NCBI RefSeq assembly: GCF_006345805.1
Contig: NC_042999.1
Location: forward strand, 16,244,001-16,308,000
Source of the DNA: Octopus sinensis
Lineage: Eukaryota
Reading direction: 5' to 3'
Length of the DNA: 64,000 bases
Part shown: positions 23,936-36,279 of the stretch, piece by piece
Layout of the letters: each line of letters begins with the position of its first letter
Position numbering within the stretch: position 1 is the first letter of the stretch
The notes under the pieces: model-generated
Databases searched by the model: none
Seen by the model: only the letters and a program-made list of their open reading frames with translations
What the model was told of the DNA's origin: nothing
Position numbers and translations under genes: made by a program

Positions 23936-24902
23936 GTGCATATATTGTTGCTCATATGATGTTGTCTGCTTCCTAGTCTCCATGGAAACATGCTCAAGAT
24001 TATTATTGTTTGATAACCTGGGAGATTAGTAGCTCAGTTGGAAAGAAGTGGAAAGGAGATCTTTTCTTGATCTTCTGCTGTGTGTTGCTTTATTTTAACG
24101 AGACAGATGCTAACGAGATGTATGTTACAGTGTTAAAATATGCAGATTATATAAAATGAAATGCTTACAGTCATGGCAATATGGTTAAGAAACGTTTTGT
24201 AACCATGTGGTTTTAGGTTCAACCCCACTGTGCGCTACCTTGAAATTTTTATGAAAGAGCCTTGGTTCTTGGTTAGAAACCAGCTCCTTCTCTATTGACA
24301 AGAAATCTTGAAATAAAAAGCAAATATTGACATACATATATACATGCATATATGTGAGAGCCCATATCACATTTGAAAAGTTGCAAGGATATAAATTTGT
24401 CCACCAACCCATACGTACACCACTTAAGGAATAGTTGTGGACGAAACATGAAGTTATGATTTTCACCTGATAAATTGAACGTTATATTTGTCATTGAAAA
24501 GACTCACAATAGCAGGTTCAACTGGCTCGGGGAATAAATATTTCAAAAATAAATCTCTCCTCTCCTTTTATATTCAAAACTGTTTCAGTAAACACTCACT
24601 TCAATTGACAATCCTATTGTTATATATAACTGTAAGGGTTAAGAAATAACTATTATTTTAGGTCGTTTTGCACAAATATCACCAATAAATACCTACTTAA
24701 GTATGGAGATTGTGGCGAATTTTCTCATATGTATGCAATTTCGGTTGTAAATTTTGTGATTTTCTATCCTGAAGAGCCTTAAAATTGTCCTTCACAAATG
24801 AAAAATTAGAAAAAGTAGCCATTTGCAATTCATTATATTACACAACATGCTGCAAAGCTAGCTTATTTTAGCTCTTTCTGTGTGTGTGTATGTGTATTTA
24901 TA

Positions 24903-25411
24903 TAATAATAATAATAACAATAATAATAATGAAATTATTGTATACAGTGCTCAGGTGCACCACAACTTGTCAAAAGTGCATATAAAGCATAGGCAATAAT
25001 GTACAAAAGTCTGGAAAGTGAACAGTGTATGAGTCAGATACATGCTTGCGTGTGTATGGAGGGGAGAAAATCAGGTGTAGTGTTGGCGAATCTCAGGAAG
25101 CATGGAAGTTTTGAAGGATGCAGTGCTCCGACAACTAACAACTGATGCCGGCAGTTTGTTCCATACTTCAGCCACTCTTAGCGTGAAAAAATAATTTCTG
25201 AAAGTCATGGGAGCTGTGTTGTTTTCTGACTTTTTAAATATGTCCATGGGTAATAATAATAATAATAATAATGAAATTATTGTATACAGTGCTCAGGTGC
25301 ACAACAACTTGTCAGAAGTGAGTATAAAGCATATGCAGTAATGTACAAATGTCTTGGAAGTGAACAGTGTATGAGTCAGAAAATCAGGTGTAGTGTTGGC
25401 GAATCTCAGGA
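24903..25411 (-). mobile_element. Two tandem CR1-type LINE 3' ends with (ATT)n tails
   Basis: 25071-25250 translates THGHIFK...FRNYFFTLRVAEVWNKLPASVVSCRSTASFKTSM...*, a CR1 ORF2 C-terminal motif. The second copy (25252-25411) is shorter. Confidence 0.85.
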
Positions 25412-25862
25412 AACAACTTTTTCAAACAAAACACTACACTTAAACACATACATCCTAATCCTCCAAAGAGGTTTTTCCAAGGACTAATATTGAACTCTAA
25501 AAACATAATGACACTACAATGTATTGATATACTTATTTATTAATTTTTGTATATATGTATTATTATTATTTTTTTGAAAAAAACATCTTAACTTTCTTTT
25601 TTCCCCTTCCTCAATTTAAAAAAAAATTTTTTCCCCTTCCAAATCTTGAAAATTTGCATTCAATGAAAGGAGTTTTGATTGCTTTTTTCTTCTTTAATTT
25701 TTCATACACCCATTTTTATTAAAATTTACTTTCAATTTAGCATTCTGCCTTATTATTTTTTCCTCTCCTAGCATTTCTCCACGTGCGGTTAACACAACCC
25801 GACTGTTTACTGACTTATATGTAAGTATATGTATAAATATAGTCTCTCTCTCTCTCTGTCTG

Positions 25863-25898
<36 letters not shown>

Positions 25899-26098
25899 GC
25901 ACATACATATATACGATGTGCTTCTTTCAGTTTCTGGCTGCCAAATCCACTCACAAGGTTTTGTTTGGCTTGAGGCTATAGTAGAAGACACTTGCCCAAG
26001 GTGCCATGCAGTGGGACTGAACCCAGAACCATGTGGTTAGTTAGCAAGCTACTTACCACACAGCCACTTCTGCACCTATATATATAAATATGTATGTA

Positions 26099-26157
<59 letters not shown>

Positions 26158-26230
26158 ATATATATATATATATATATATATTGGTGAATTGAAGAAATGG
26201 AGCTGAACGCAGATTGAACAGAAATCGTTT

Positions 26231-26324
26231 TATTTCATTCTACACGTGTTTCGAAAGGCACAAATTACCAAAATCCGATTGAATAATGGGACCATATTGT
26301 GTCTTTCTCTTCAGGAAGAAAATA
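26231..26324 (-). ncRNA. Type-I hammerhead ribozyme, intact core
   Basis: UAUUUUCUUC-CUGAAGA-GAAAG(A)CACAA...UUGUG(C)CUUUC-GAAA-CACGUG-UA/GAAUGAAAUA; 9 of 10 bp in stem I; palindromic stem III ACACGUGU. Confidence 0.85.
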
Positions 26325-26408
26325 GAGTTTCGCCATGGCTCTTAGGAGCATAGTTCGATTTGTTTTTGCTCCGCCTCTGTTCTGTTTTTGTTTTTCCAAC
26401 GGATTTCC

Positions 26409-26502
26409 TATTTTCTTCCTGAAGAGAAAGACACAATATGGTCCCATTATTCAATCGGATTTTGGTAATTTGTGCCTTTCGAAACACGTAGTAGATGAAA
26501 TA
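26409..26502 (+). ncRNA. Type-I hammerhead ribozyme, mirror copy
   Basis: CTGAAGA 26419-26425, GAAA 26481-26484, then CACGTA; small indels next to the cleavage site. Confidence 0.7.
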
Positions 26503-26845
26503 AAACGATTTCTGTTCAATCTGCGTTCGCTCCATTTCTTCAATTCACCAATAATGTTTTAATTTCAATTATCCGCACCAACGCACGGTTGCAAAACCAT
26601 ATGGTTGTACCTCCAACCGTGCTGTTTACTGCTGTGATTTTTGCTACTAAGGTATCGGTTAAACTTTTGATTAATCTACTACAAGATTATTCATCTTTCT
26701 ATTTCACATAATATATATATATATATATATATATGTAAGTATATGTATAAATATAGTCGCTCACACACGCATATATGTAAGTATATCTATCTATATATAT
26801 GTATATATATGTATATATGTATATATATGTATATATATATGTATA

Positions 26846-26879
<34 letters not shown>

Positions 26880-27707
26880 CTAAAGATATCTGCATTACAA
26901 AGATAGTATCAAATATATGCAAAAATGAAATTCTCAAGAAATCTCAAATAAAATAAGATGAAATTTTATCTAGAATTTAAATGCTAAAAGGACTTCTGTG
27001 CATATTAGCTGAATTTGTAGAAATATTTCTTCCTATTTTTATGGTTAAACTTAATTGATTTAAATTGTAGCAATGTTTTATGTGGTTATTTTCGAATGTA
27101 ATTATATTTGTGTAAATATATTTTTTAATAAACATAGAGTAAGAGCAACCGGTTGAGAATTTTAGAGAACTGCTGTTTGGTGCAGAAAACGTGTAGGATG
27201 GACTGGCTGACTGATGTGTCTATGCATCAGGGTGTGTATGTGTGTGTGAAAAAGAGTGAGATATGCACACAGACTCACACATGCACACACACACACACAG
27301 AGGCACACACATACACACAGAGAAAGAGATAGAAAGAGAGAGAGAAGAGTGAGAGAGGCAATAGTATGAAAGGGATATAGAGGACAAAGAGAGAAGAGAA
27401 AGGTATCTGAAGAGAGAATGAGCTGCAAACAGAAAGACAGGGTAAGATTTAGTGAGAGAGAGAGAGAGGGGGGAGAGAGAGGGGCAGAGATAGGGAGAGG
27501 GAGAGGGAGAGGGAGAGAGAGAGGGATAGAGAGGGCGAGAGAGAGAGAGTGTGTGTGTATGTATGTGTGAAAGTAGGGGAGAGAGAGAAAGAGGGAGAAT
27601 GGAAAGAGAGAAGGAGAAGAAAGAGAACTTAGAGCAGGACTGAGAGAGAAGAGTTGAGTAGAGTGCGAGAGAGATTTATATACAAGGGAAAACTAATTGA
27701 ATACATG

Positions 27708-27763
<56 letters not shown>

Positions 27764-27949
27764 CCTACCTACCTACTTACCTACCTACCTACATATCTGT
27801 CTGCCTACCTACCTACCTACCTACCTACATATCCACCTGTCTCTCTGTCTATCTCTCTCTCTTTATCTATCTATGTACCTATCTATCTGTCTATCTTTTT
27901 TTTTCTGATCTTTTTGATCAGAATTTTACATTTGTTTCCTTTAGTAAAA

Positions 27950-28382
27950 GAGCCCTTCTCCTCGAAGGGCAAGAACTGGTATCAGCACACAATCAAAGAA
28001 CTGGCCAAAAGGTGGCAACATGATGACGGCTTTTACTTTGAATGCTCAGCTGTTATCGTCATAACTCGACAAACAGAGCAAATGAATCAACAAAATATCG
28101 CAAAACTTGACTCACCACGATACACGGATGGACAAAAGTATGCATACAGTTGCTTAAACCCTTGCAAATGGGAAGCTGTTCTGACAGCATCAAAACACTG
28201 TGTGTGTGAGCAGTGCAGTATCTCACTCTGTGCAGCTCTGTATTTTCAAATGGACCACACAAGAGAAGAATCTGTAAATACACTGTAAAATTCCTTGTAT
28301 GAAAATTTATGTAATTACTGAATGGCCTAATACTTGTACACAACACAGACTGTCTGTACTAAATCCGTCTGCAAGGGGTTAA
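27950..28382 (+). pseudogene. Degenerate piggyBac transposase C-terminus and right terminus
   Basis: KRW motif then CVCEQCSISLCAALYFQMDHT, resembling the Cys-rich CxxCxxxLC...CFxxYH domain; ends AAGGGG-TTAA at 28379-28382. Confidence 0.6.
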
Positions 28383-28445
28383 AACGAATTGAATGCCCTA
28401 TTTATTTCTCAATTTCTTTTTTTAGGTAAGGGATTCATAAGTTGA

Positions 28446-28924
28446 CTAACCCTTTTGTTACAGTATTTATTTTGAGATGCTCTTTGTTTCTTTCAATTAC
28501 CTTAAATATTACAAAGAATTTAGTAAAATAACTTGGTTATCATTAAGCTAGTGTTAAGAACATAAATTGTGACTAAAGTTTGGTGGATGATTTTAAATCA
28601 GAACTTATGAAAACAAGACATTTGTACTCAGAGCCAGAGCCTGTTTCAGCTGGGTTGGTAATGAAAGGGTTAAGTATTGTTTCTCTATCATATATCAACC
28701 CTTTTGTCAACATATTTCTGTTGAGATGCTCTGTGATTCTTTCAATTAATTTTAACTATAACAAAGAATTCAGTAAAATAACTTAGTTATCATTAAGCTA
28801 GTGTTAGGAACATAAATTGTGACTAAGGTTTGATTGAAGATTTGAATTCAGTTCTTATGAAAACAAGACATTTGTTCTACAGAGTCAGAGCCAGTTTCAG
28901 CTGGGTTGGTAACAAAAGGGTTAA
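28446..28924. mobile_element. Two tandem ~225-bp piggyBac-type MITEs
   Basis: Units 28446-28673 and 28695-28924, CCCTTTTG...AAAGGG-TTAA; same family as 11918-12376. Confidence 0.82.
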
Positions 28925-29379
28925 GGATCTGTGGGAGATGCCGACTTCATTTGAAGCTCCTTTTAAAAAATTTCTGGTGACTTAGAGTGGATGCTTGAGC
29001 CACAAGTATTTTATTTTCTTCAGTGGTAACACTGACCTGTTGACCTCTTTTCTGTAGATTTCAGATTGGCCCAGTCTGCTCAAATTTGTCACATATTTTA
29101 TAAACTGTTAATCTTGATGGAGCTGGTCTTTGAAATTCTTCAGTCCATTTCTGTCTAACCATTTCTGCATTTTCTATTTTCCAGTACTGCTTGATGATCC
29201 ACTTCCATTAACCATTGGTCAAATTTCCAAATTTCCATATAATGAACATCTGAAATTAGGAAAAAAATAATTTTTTAATAGATAGAATTAGTTTTAAAAA
29301 ATAAAAAATCATGAATTTCTTATCCCCAAAAAGAAATAGAGAAATGGAAAGAACATTTCACTTATATTAAGAAACTGTA
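28925..29379 (-). pseudogene. Tc1/mariner transposase N-terminal (DUF4817-like HTH) remnant with a putative TA-CAG terminus
   Basis: Translates WIIKQYWKIENAEMVRQKWTEEFQRPAPSRLTVYKICDKFEQTGPI*NLQKRGQQVSVTTEENKILV; TA/CAGTTTCTTAAT end at 29377-29379. Confidence 0.75.
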
Positions 29380-29419
29380 TACCTACTATTGCCCACCACT
29401 GTATAATAAATAAGAGTCA

Positions 29420-30300
29420 AATATTCTTTTCTACTCTAGGTACAAGGTCTGAAATGTGGTGGGAGTGGGCCAGTCGATTAGATTGACCCCAGTATGCAAT
29501 TGGTACTTGATTAATTCACCCCGAAAGAATGAAAGGCAAATTCGACCTTGTCGGAATTTAAACTCAGATCGTAAAGACAGACAAAATACCACTAAGCATT
29601 TCGCCCAGTGTGCTAACAATTCTGCCAGCTTACAGCCTTAAATATTCTTTTTTACTCTAGGTACAAGGCCCAAAATTTTTGAGGCAGGGGGCCACTCAAT
29701 TAAATCGACCCTAGTATGTAACTGGTACATATTTTATCAACCCCAAAAGGATGAAAGGCAAAGTTGACCTCGGTGAAATTTGAACTCAGAACATAGACAG
29801 AGGAAATACCGCTAAGCATTTTGCCTGACGTGCTAACATTTCTGCCAGCTCACAGCCTTAAATATATTTCTTTACTCTAGGTACAAGGCTCGAAATTTTT
29901 GAGGCAGGGGCCAGTCAATTAAATCACCCCAGTATGCAACTGGTACATAATTTATGAACCCCGAAAGGATGAAAGGCAAAGTTGACCTAGCCGGAATTTG
30001 AACTCAGAACGTAAAGACAGACAAAATACTGCTTAGCATTTCACCTAGCGTGATAAAATTTCTTATTTCTTTATTGCCCACAAGGGGCTAAACATAGAGA
30101 GGACAAACAAGGACAGACAAAGGGATTAAGTCGATTACATCGATCCCAGTGTGTAACTGGTACTTAATCTATCAACCCCCGAAAGAATGAAAGGCAAAGT
30201 CGACCTTGGCGGAATTTGAACTCAGAACGTAGTGACAGATGAAATACTGCTAAGCATTTCACCCAGTGTGCTACAATTTCTGCCAGCTTGCCACCTTTAA
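29420..30300 (-). mobile_element. Head-to-tail array of SINE family B (4 units)
   Basis: Units separated by TAAATATT-like spacers; stereotyped junction at about 30064. Confidence 0.85.
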
Positions 30301-31164
30301 TATTAAGGAATTTCTGATTGATTATATCCTCCTACATCAAAATTTTGTCGGCATAATCATGTACCAATCATACATATTTGGAAAAAAAAACAAAAAAAAA
30401 AACAAAATGAAATATTTTTTTTTACTTTAACTGGAAAAAAAAACTTCCTTGATACAACTTTTAAAATTTATGACAGATCTAGATTTTAAAACTGCAGTGT
30501 TGAAATTATTTTGAAAAATATTTTAACCAAATGGAAACATCAGCCAAATTACATGGTGAAGTTATTTTGTATTTTATATTTAGATATATCTTTTATATTA
30601 CACTTTCGTTTATAGTTTGTTTTTTGTTTTTTTTAATAAATAACATATATCAGTTTACTTTTCACATGTAGACAGGTTCTCATGTGGCTTTATTTGTTTA
30701 TCTTTATATTTTCTATACTGAGATATTTATTTATTATTTTGAAAGTTTGTTTACATATCAAATGCCTTTTCATCATGGAGGTTTTCAGGTAAGTGCAGCT
30801 ACAAAGAGTGCATATGTGTGTGCGTATATATATATATATGTATATATATATCTATATATATATATATTATAATATATATATATACATATATATATATAAT
30901 ATATATATATATATATAGAAAGAGAGAGAGAGAGAGAGATATGTGTATGTGTATATATATATATATAGATAGATAAATAGATCATAATCATAATCATCAT
31001 CATCATCATCCTCATCATCACCATCATCACCATCATCATTGTTATCATTATCATTATCATTTTAACATCTACTTTTCCATGCTTTCATGGGTCAGATAGA
31101 ATTAGTTTGATGCCAATTTCCTTCAACTGGATGCTTTGATTCAATCAGAGATAAAGTTTTTCTC

Positions 31165-31566
31165 TGTTACTCTTTTATTTGTTTCAGTCATTTGACTGTG
31201 ACCATGCTGGAGCACCGCCTATAGTTGAGGAAATCAACTCCTGGACCAATTCTTTGTAAGCCTAGTACTTATTCTATCGGTTGCTTTTGCCAAACCACTA
31301 AGTTACGAGGACATAAACACACCAGCATCGGTTGTCAAGCGATGTTAGTGGGGGACAAACGCAGACACACAAACGCACATACATATATATACATATACAT
31401 ATATACAATGGGCTTCTTTCAGTTTCCGTCTACTAAATCCACTCACAAGGCTTTGGTCGGCCTGAGGCTATAGTAGAAGACACTTGTCCAAGGTGACACG
31501 CAGTGGGACTGAACCCAGAACCATGTGGTTTGTAAGCAAGTTACTTACCACACAGCCACTCCTGCG

Positions 31567-31570
<4 letters not shown>
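31165..31570 (-). mobile_element. SINE family A, full length
   Basis: All modules present in reverse complement. Confidence 0.85.
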
Positions 31571-31603
<33 letters not shown>

Positions 31604-31742
31604 CATTTTTTCTATTCATTCTTAATACATTTCAGTAGATCCAAATGCAAATATGCTAGTCACTGTTGTATCTGTCACAAGAGGACGTCTCCTTTCTACA
31701 ATGACAGTGTGTTTGTCACACACTCAGCCCACTGGTGCATGG

Positions 31743-31792
31743 GATTCTGGAACACCAGTGTTTCCTCATGTTGTGTCTCATCAGACAAAATC
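31743..31792 (-). ncRNA. Hammerhead with intact cores and a damaged stem II
   Basis: GAUUUUGU-CUGAUGA-GACACAACAUGAG-GAAA-CAC UG GUG-UU/CCAGAAUC; 7 of 8 bp in stem I. Confidence 0.55.
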
Positions 31793-32455
31793 AGCTACGA
31801 AATCCACTCACAAAGCTTTGGTTGGTCTGAGGCTAAAGTAGAAGTCACTTGCCCAAGGCTCCACGCAGTGGGATTGAACCCAGAACCATGTGGTTGGTAA
31901 GCAAGCTACCTACCACACTGCTACTCCTATGCCTATAGCTACTTACCACACAGCCACTTCTGCACCTATGACTACCTACCACACAGCCACTCCTGCACCT
32001 ATGTATATACAAGACAGACATTAGCAACATCAACTACCATTCTATAGAAGGAGCTTTGGCATTTAGCTGCTGACAATTGGCAAGAGCTAAATTATGGGCA
32101 ACAAACTTGTAACACTTTTCAGGTATTGCAGCTGTTAATAACTATCGCAATTTGTTGGCGATTTTTATACTTGGTGATATTACTCTTGAGAGAAATTAAA
32201 TATTTTATAAGTTGCTTTGATAAAATTTATGTCTTGTCATTATTGGGGAAATGTCACTGAAGACAGATAATTTCAACATTCTTAGAATAAGTAAGAATAT
32301 CATGTAAGAGACTGATTCTATATTTGTCCTCTGAAAATAGTTTCTCATTTCCAGCTCAAGATTTAATGGTATATCTTTTATGTCATGTATGTATGTCATG
32401 TAACTGGAACTATTCGTGTTATATATATATGTATATATTCTATGTATATATTATA

Positions 32456-32520
<65 letters not shown>

Positions 32521-32521
<1 letters not shown>

Positions 32522-33173
32522 TTTTCTTAAGTATTAGAAATAGTTTTAAAAAAGTTTTTTTAGCTACTATCTAATGAGTTCAGTATGCGGCAAGTAATTT
32601 ATTTTACTAAGCCCTTTTATATAATGTAATAATTTGAATTCGCCTTAAATGGTCCCTTTGCATACTGAATACTGGTGAAATTGATTAATAATTAATTAAT
32701 TTTACCCTCAATTGTTGAAATTATAATTCATCTCTCTCTATTTAATGCCTCGGATTTTACCGAAAAAGCATAGTGTTTACTGATTTTAACCACGCTGGTG
32801 GAAAGGGGAGAGCAGAAATTCTTCGCTTGCATATTTGAGTTTGCTGGCACTGTTAATTTCGAGCAGATCTTCAGAAGCGATAAGAAGCCGAAAGGGTATG
32901 CTCCCACTTTCAGTGTTTTCAAATCCAACCAAGGAGTTCTGAGCTGATGATAGAAATGTCGAGTTGACTAATCTTGAAACGTACGTTCTCAAATAACCTT
33001 TGCATTTGATTTTTTAATGTCTTTACCCCCATACTTTCGTGAGTTGAATTGAGCAAACACTATATGAGAGAAGTTTTCTTTAAGTATTAGAAATAGTTTT
33101 AAAAAAGTTTTTTTAGCTACTATTTCTAATGAGTTCAGTATGCGGCAAAGTAATTTATTTTACTAAGCCCTTT

Positions 33174-33180
<7 letters not shown>
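32521..33180 (+). mobile_element. Partial tandem (about 1.2 units, period about 553 bp) hammerhead-bearing element in (TA)n
   Basis: About 105-bp direct repeat (GTATTAGAAATAG at 32531 and 33084); motifs shared with the 2905 and 39659 elements. Confidence 0.72.
32937..32994 (+). ncRNA. Minimal type-I hammerhead ribozyme, intact core
   Basis: TGAG-CTGATGA-TAGA..GTCGA G TTGAC..TCTT-GAAA-CGTACG-TT/CTCA; palindromic stem III AACGTACGTT. Confidence 0.75.
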
Positions 33181-33205
<25 letters not shown>

Positions 33206-33220
33206 AATATATATATATAT

Positions 33221-33630
33221 ACAGGCGCAGGAGTGGCTGTGTGGTAAGTAGCTTGCTAACCAACCACATGGTTCCGGGTTCAGTCCCACTGCGTGGCATC
33301 TTGGGCAAGTGACTTCTGCTATAGCCCCGGGTCGACCAATGCCTTGTGAGTGGATTTGATAGACGGAAACTGAAAGAAGCCTGTCGTATATATCTATATG
33401 TATATATATGCCTGTGTGTGTTTGTGTGTCTTTGTTTGTCCTCCTAACATTGCTTGACAACCGATGCTGATGTGTTTATGTCCCCGTCACTTAGCGGTTC
33501 GGCAAAAGAGACTGATAGAATAAGTACTGGGCTTACAAAGAATAAGTCCTGGGGTCGATTTGCTCGACTAAAGGCGGTGCTCCAGCATGGCCACAGTCAA
33601 ATGACTGAAACAAGTAATAGAGTAAAAGAG
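33221..33630 (+). mobile_element. SINE family A, full length, in (TA)n
   Basis: All modules present. Confidence 0.88.
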
Positions 33631-33659
33631 TATATATATATATATATATATATATACAT

Positions 33660-34005
33660 ACATACTGGCACTTGTGCCCGTGCTAGTAGGGTGCCATGAG
33701 CACCATCTGAGCATGATCGTTATCGGCGTCGCCTTACTGGCACCTGTGCCAGTGGCATGTATAAAAAGATTCACGTGAGGTCATTGCCAGTACTACCTGA
33801 CTGGTCCCCATGCCAGTGGCACATAAAAGCACCCACCACACTCTTGGAGTGGTTGACGTTAGGGAAGGTATCGAACTGTAGAAACTCTGCCAGCTCAAGA
33901 TTGGAGCCTGGTGCAGCCATCTGGTTTGCCAGTCCTCAGTCAAAATCGTCCAACCCATGCTAGCATGGAAAGCGGACATTAAACGATGATGATGATGATG
34001 ATGAT
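33660..34005 (+). mobile_element. SINE-like family C
   Basis: Family body and (GAT)n tail. Confidence 0.8.
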
Positions 34006-35974
34006 ATATATATATATATGATACACTTTTACAGAGTTTCCATCTACTAATTCCACTCACAAAACATTGCTCGACCTGGGGTTACTGTAGAAGTCACCCA
34101 AGGTGCCACACAGTGGGTCAGAACTGGAAACCACGTTGCTGCAAAACCAGCTTCTTAACCACACAGCCATACTTGCAACCGAGTCAGGTAATTTTGAAAA
34201 AAATTATATTTGACATAAAACTACACTTGAATACAAGAGTATATAGCTATCAGTATAAGTATATTTGTCTAAGTAGAATATTTCATGTAGGTAATTATAT
34301 CTTTGAAAAATATATGAAAATATAAGTTCATATATGTACAAGTATTTATATAAAGCTAAAAATATTGATATTGCATCCATATTATCGTTATTTCTTAATA
34401 TAATATAAAAGAAATTGGAGCAAGAAATAAAATTTTAAAATACAATGATATTACAATATTCTATATTAAAAGAAAGAATATATCATTGTAAATTTGAAAA
34501 GATTTTAAATTCATTTTAAGAATTTTTCTCTAAAACTCAATTAACGTCTAAACGTGTTTGGACTTTTAGATACGAACATGTTGTTTTTTTTATATATGGT
34601 GACCTAAAGTAGGAATTTCATTAGGTAAATATATTTTAAACATATTTTGTAAATGAAATATTTTTAGCTATTATAAAATATTACTTTAGATAATGTAATT
34701 AAAAAAATAAGAATAAAAGTTGTATTGAAAAATAGAGGCTGTGTTGAAAATTCAAGTGAGGTTTTATGACGAACATTTTAAAGAAACATTTTCGAGAGAA
34801 AGAAATATATTTTTGAAATATGTGACATTAAAAAAAGAAACTATAGACAATTCACCATGAATATCATTAAATTTATTCTGTAGAAAATATTTTTTTTCAT
34901 CAATATACTTTATTTTCTGAATATATTTTCATCCTTTAATCATTGTAAAAAAAAATATTAATAATAATGATAAGTGACAATGATATAGAAGGAACATAAA
35001 AAAATAAAATATTTGTTTGTATGTGTATCTTTTATAGAAAAGAAGGGGAAAAAAATCAGCCAGTTAACATTTCTAGTATTGAATATAAGCAGTAATATAT
35101 GACTACTGGAAATTCAATAGATATACATATGTATATATATATATATTTTTTTACAAAATATATACATCTGCAAAAAATTACATCTATTCATTTGAAAGGA
35201 ACATCATGATGTTCTCTCCATATGGATTCCACATCTTTCAAACACTTTTAGTATGAATGCTCACACTTAACACCGTCTGACAACATAAATATATGCATAC
35301 TAGCATCATGCGCGAGCGTGTTTGTGCAGATGTGTTGCTAAATTGAGTTATTCCTACTACATCAAAAATAGACAGCCATTAAATATTGGAAACCTATAAA
35401 ATGAAATATATACTTTCATATTTGTTTTATCTTTGTGTAATACTTCTTAATGACACACTATCATTACTTTAGTATAGATTATTATTCATATATCTATTAT
35501 CTGGCTAAATCTATTTTTAACTGAAGGCAATCAGCTTTCAGTTGCAAACGGTTTTAGAAGAAGTAAATCTGGATGCAAATCTATATAAATTATTTCTATT
35601 GTCTTTTGTATAGTCGTTAATTGCTCACATACCGAATACTAAATTCGACTTCTGTCAGAGACAAACTGAATAACAGCTGGGACTCGGTTTATGGGATGCT
35701 GGACTATAATATGAATACTTTACAATTACTATTTACATTCTGCTTAAGGTGTTTCACCCTTGCTGTCTTAGTTCACGTATTAGTGAATAGATACCATGGG
35801 GTAGTTATAGTTTATTGCAGTAGACAATGGTTTCTAATTTAGATATGAGGCTAGTAAATATATAAAGAGTGAGTTAGTCCATAACATTTATTTTCAATAC
35901 ATGATTGGTACTTAATTTTATTGATTCCCAAAAGGAATTTACAGCAAAGTTAACTGGGGCAGAATTTGAACTGA

Positions 35975-36075
35975 CAACAGTAGTTCTCAAATAGGGTCCA
36001 TATGGTCGTTGGGGTTCCATATGGCCATTGGGGTTTCATATGGCCCTTGGGGTTCCACATAAGATTTTGTTGTTA
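35975..36075. mobile_element. Possible hAT-type MITE end with 18-bp tandem repeats
   Basis: CAGTAGTTCTCAA start resembles hAT termini; three copies of CCATATGG....GGGGTT. No second terminus found. Confidence 0.3.
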
Positions 36076-36098
36076 GAGTTTATCTGCAGTGATTTGGT

Positions 36099-36258
36099 TA
36101 TACTTCAGCAACTTTGCTTTCATCCTTTCAGGGTCGATAAATAAAGTACCAGTTTCGCACTGGGGACAATATAATCGACTCAATCCCTTCGTCTGTCCTT
36201 GTTTGTCCCCTCTATGTTTAGCCCCTTCTGGGCAGTAAAGAAATATATACTTCAGCAA
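36099..36258 (+). mobile_element. 5'-truncated SINE family B with 13-bp TSD
   Basis: TATACTTCAGCAA at 36099-36111 and 36246-36258. Confidence 0.88.
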
Positions 36259-36279
36259 TTTACATATACATACATATAC

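Larger units (their letters stand above)
26180..26710. mobile_element. Fold-back element with two hammerheads, between (TA)n tracts
   Basis: 146-bp inverted arms 26180-26325 and 26408-26552; unique tail to about 26710. Confidence 0.75.

Noticed and set aside
24236-24310. Exon-like FLSIEKELVSNQEPRLFHKNFK on the minus strand
   Set aside because: The apparent donor lies within a degenerate SINE head; no homology recognised.
24760-24815. CTGAAGA with possible stem I (TTTTCTA/TAGAAAA)
   Set aside because: No stem II or properly placed GAAA; too degenerate to support.
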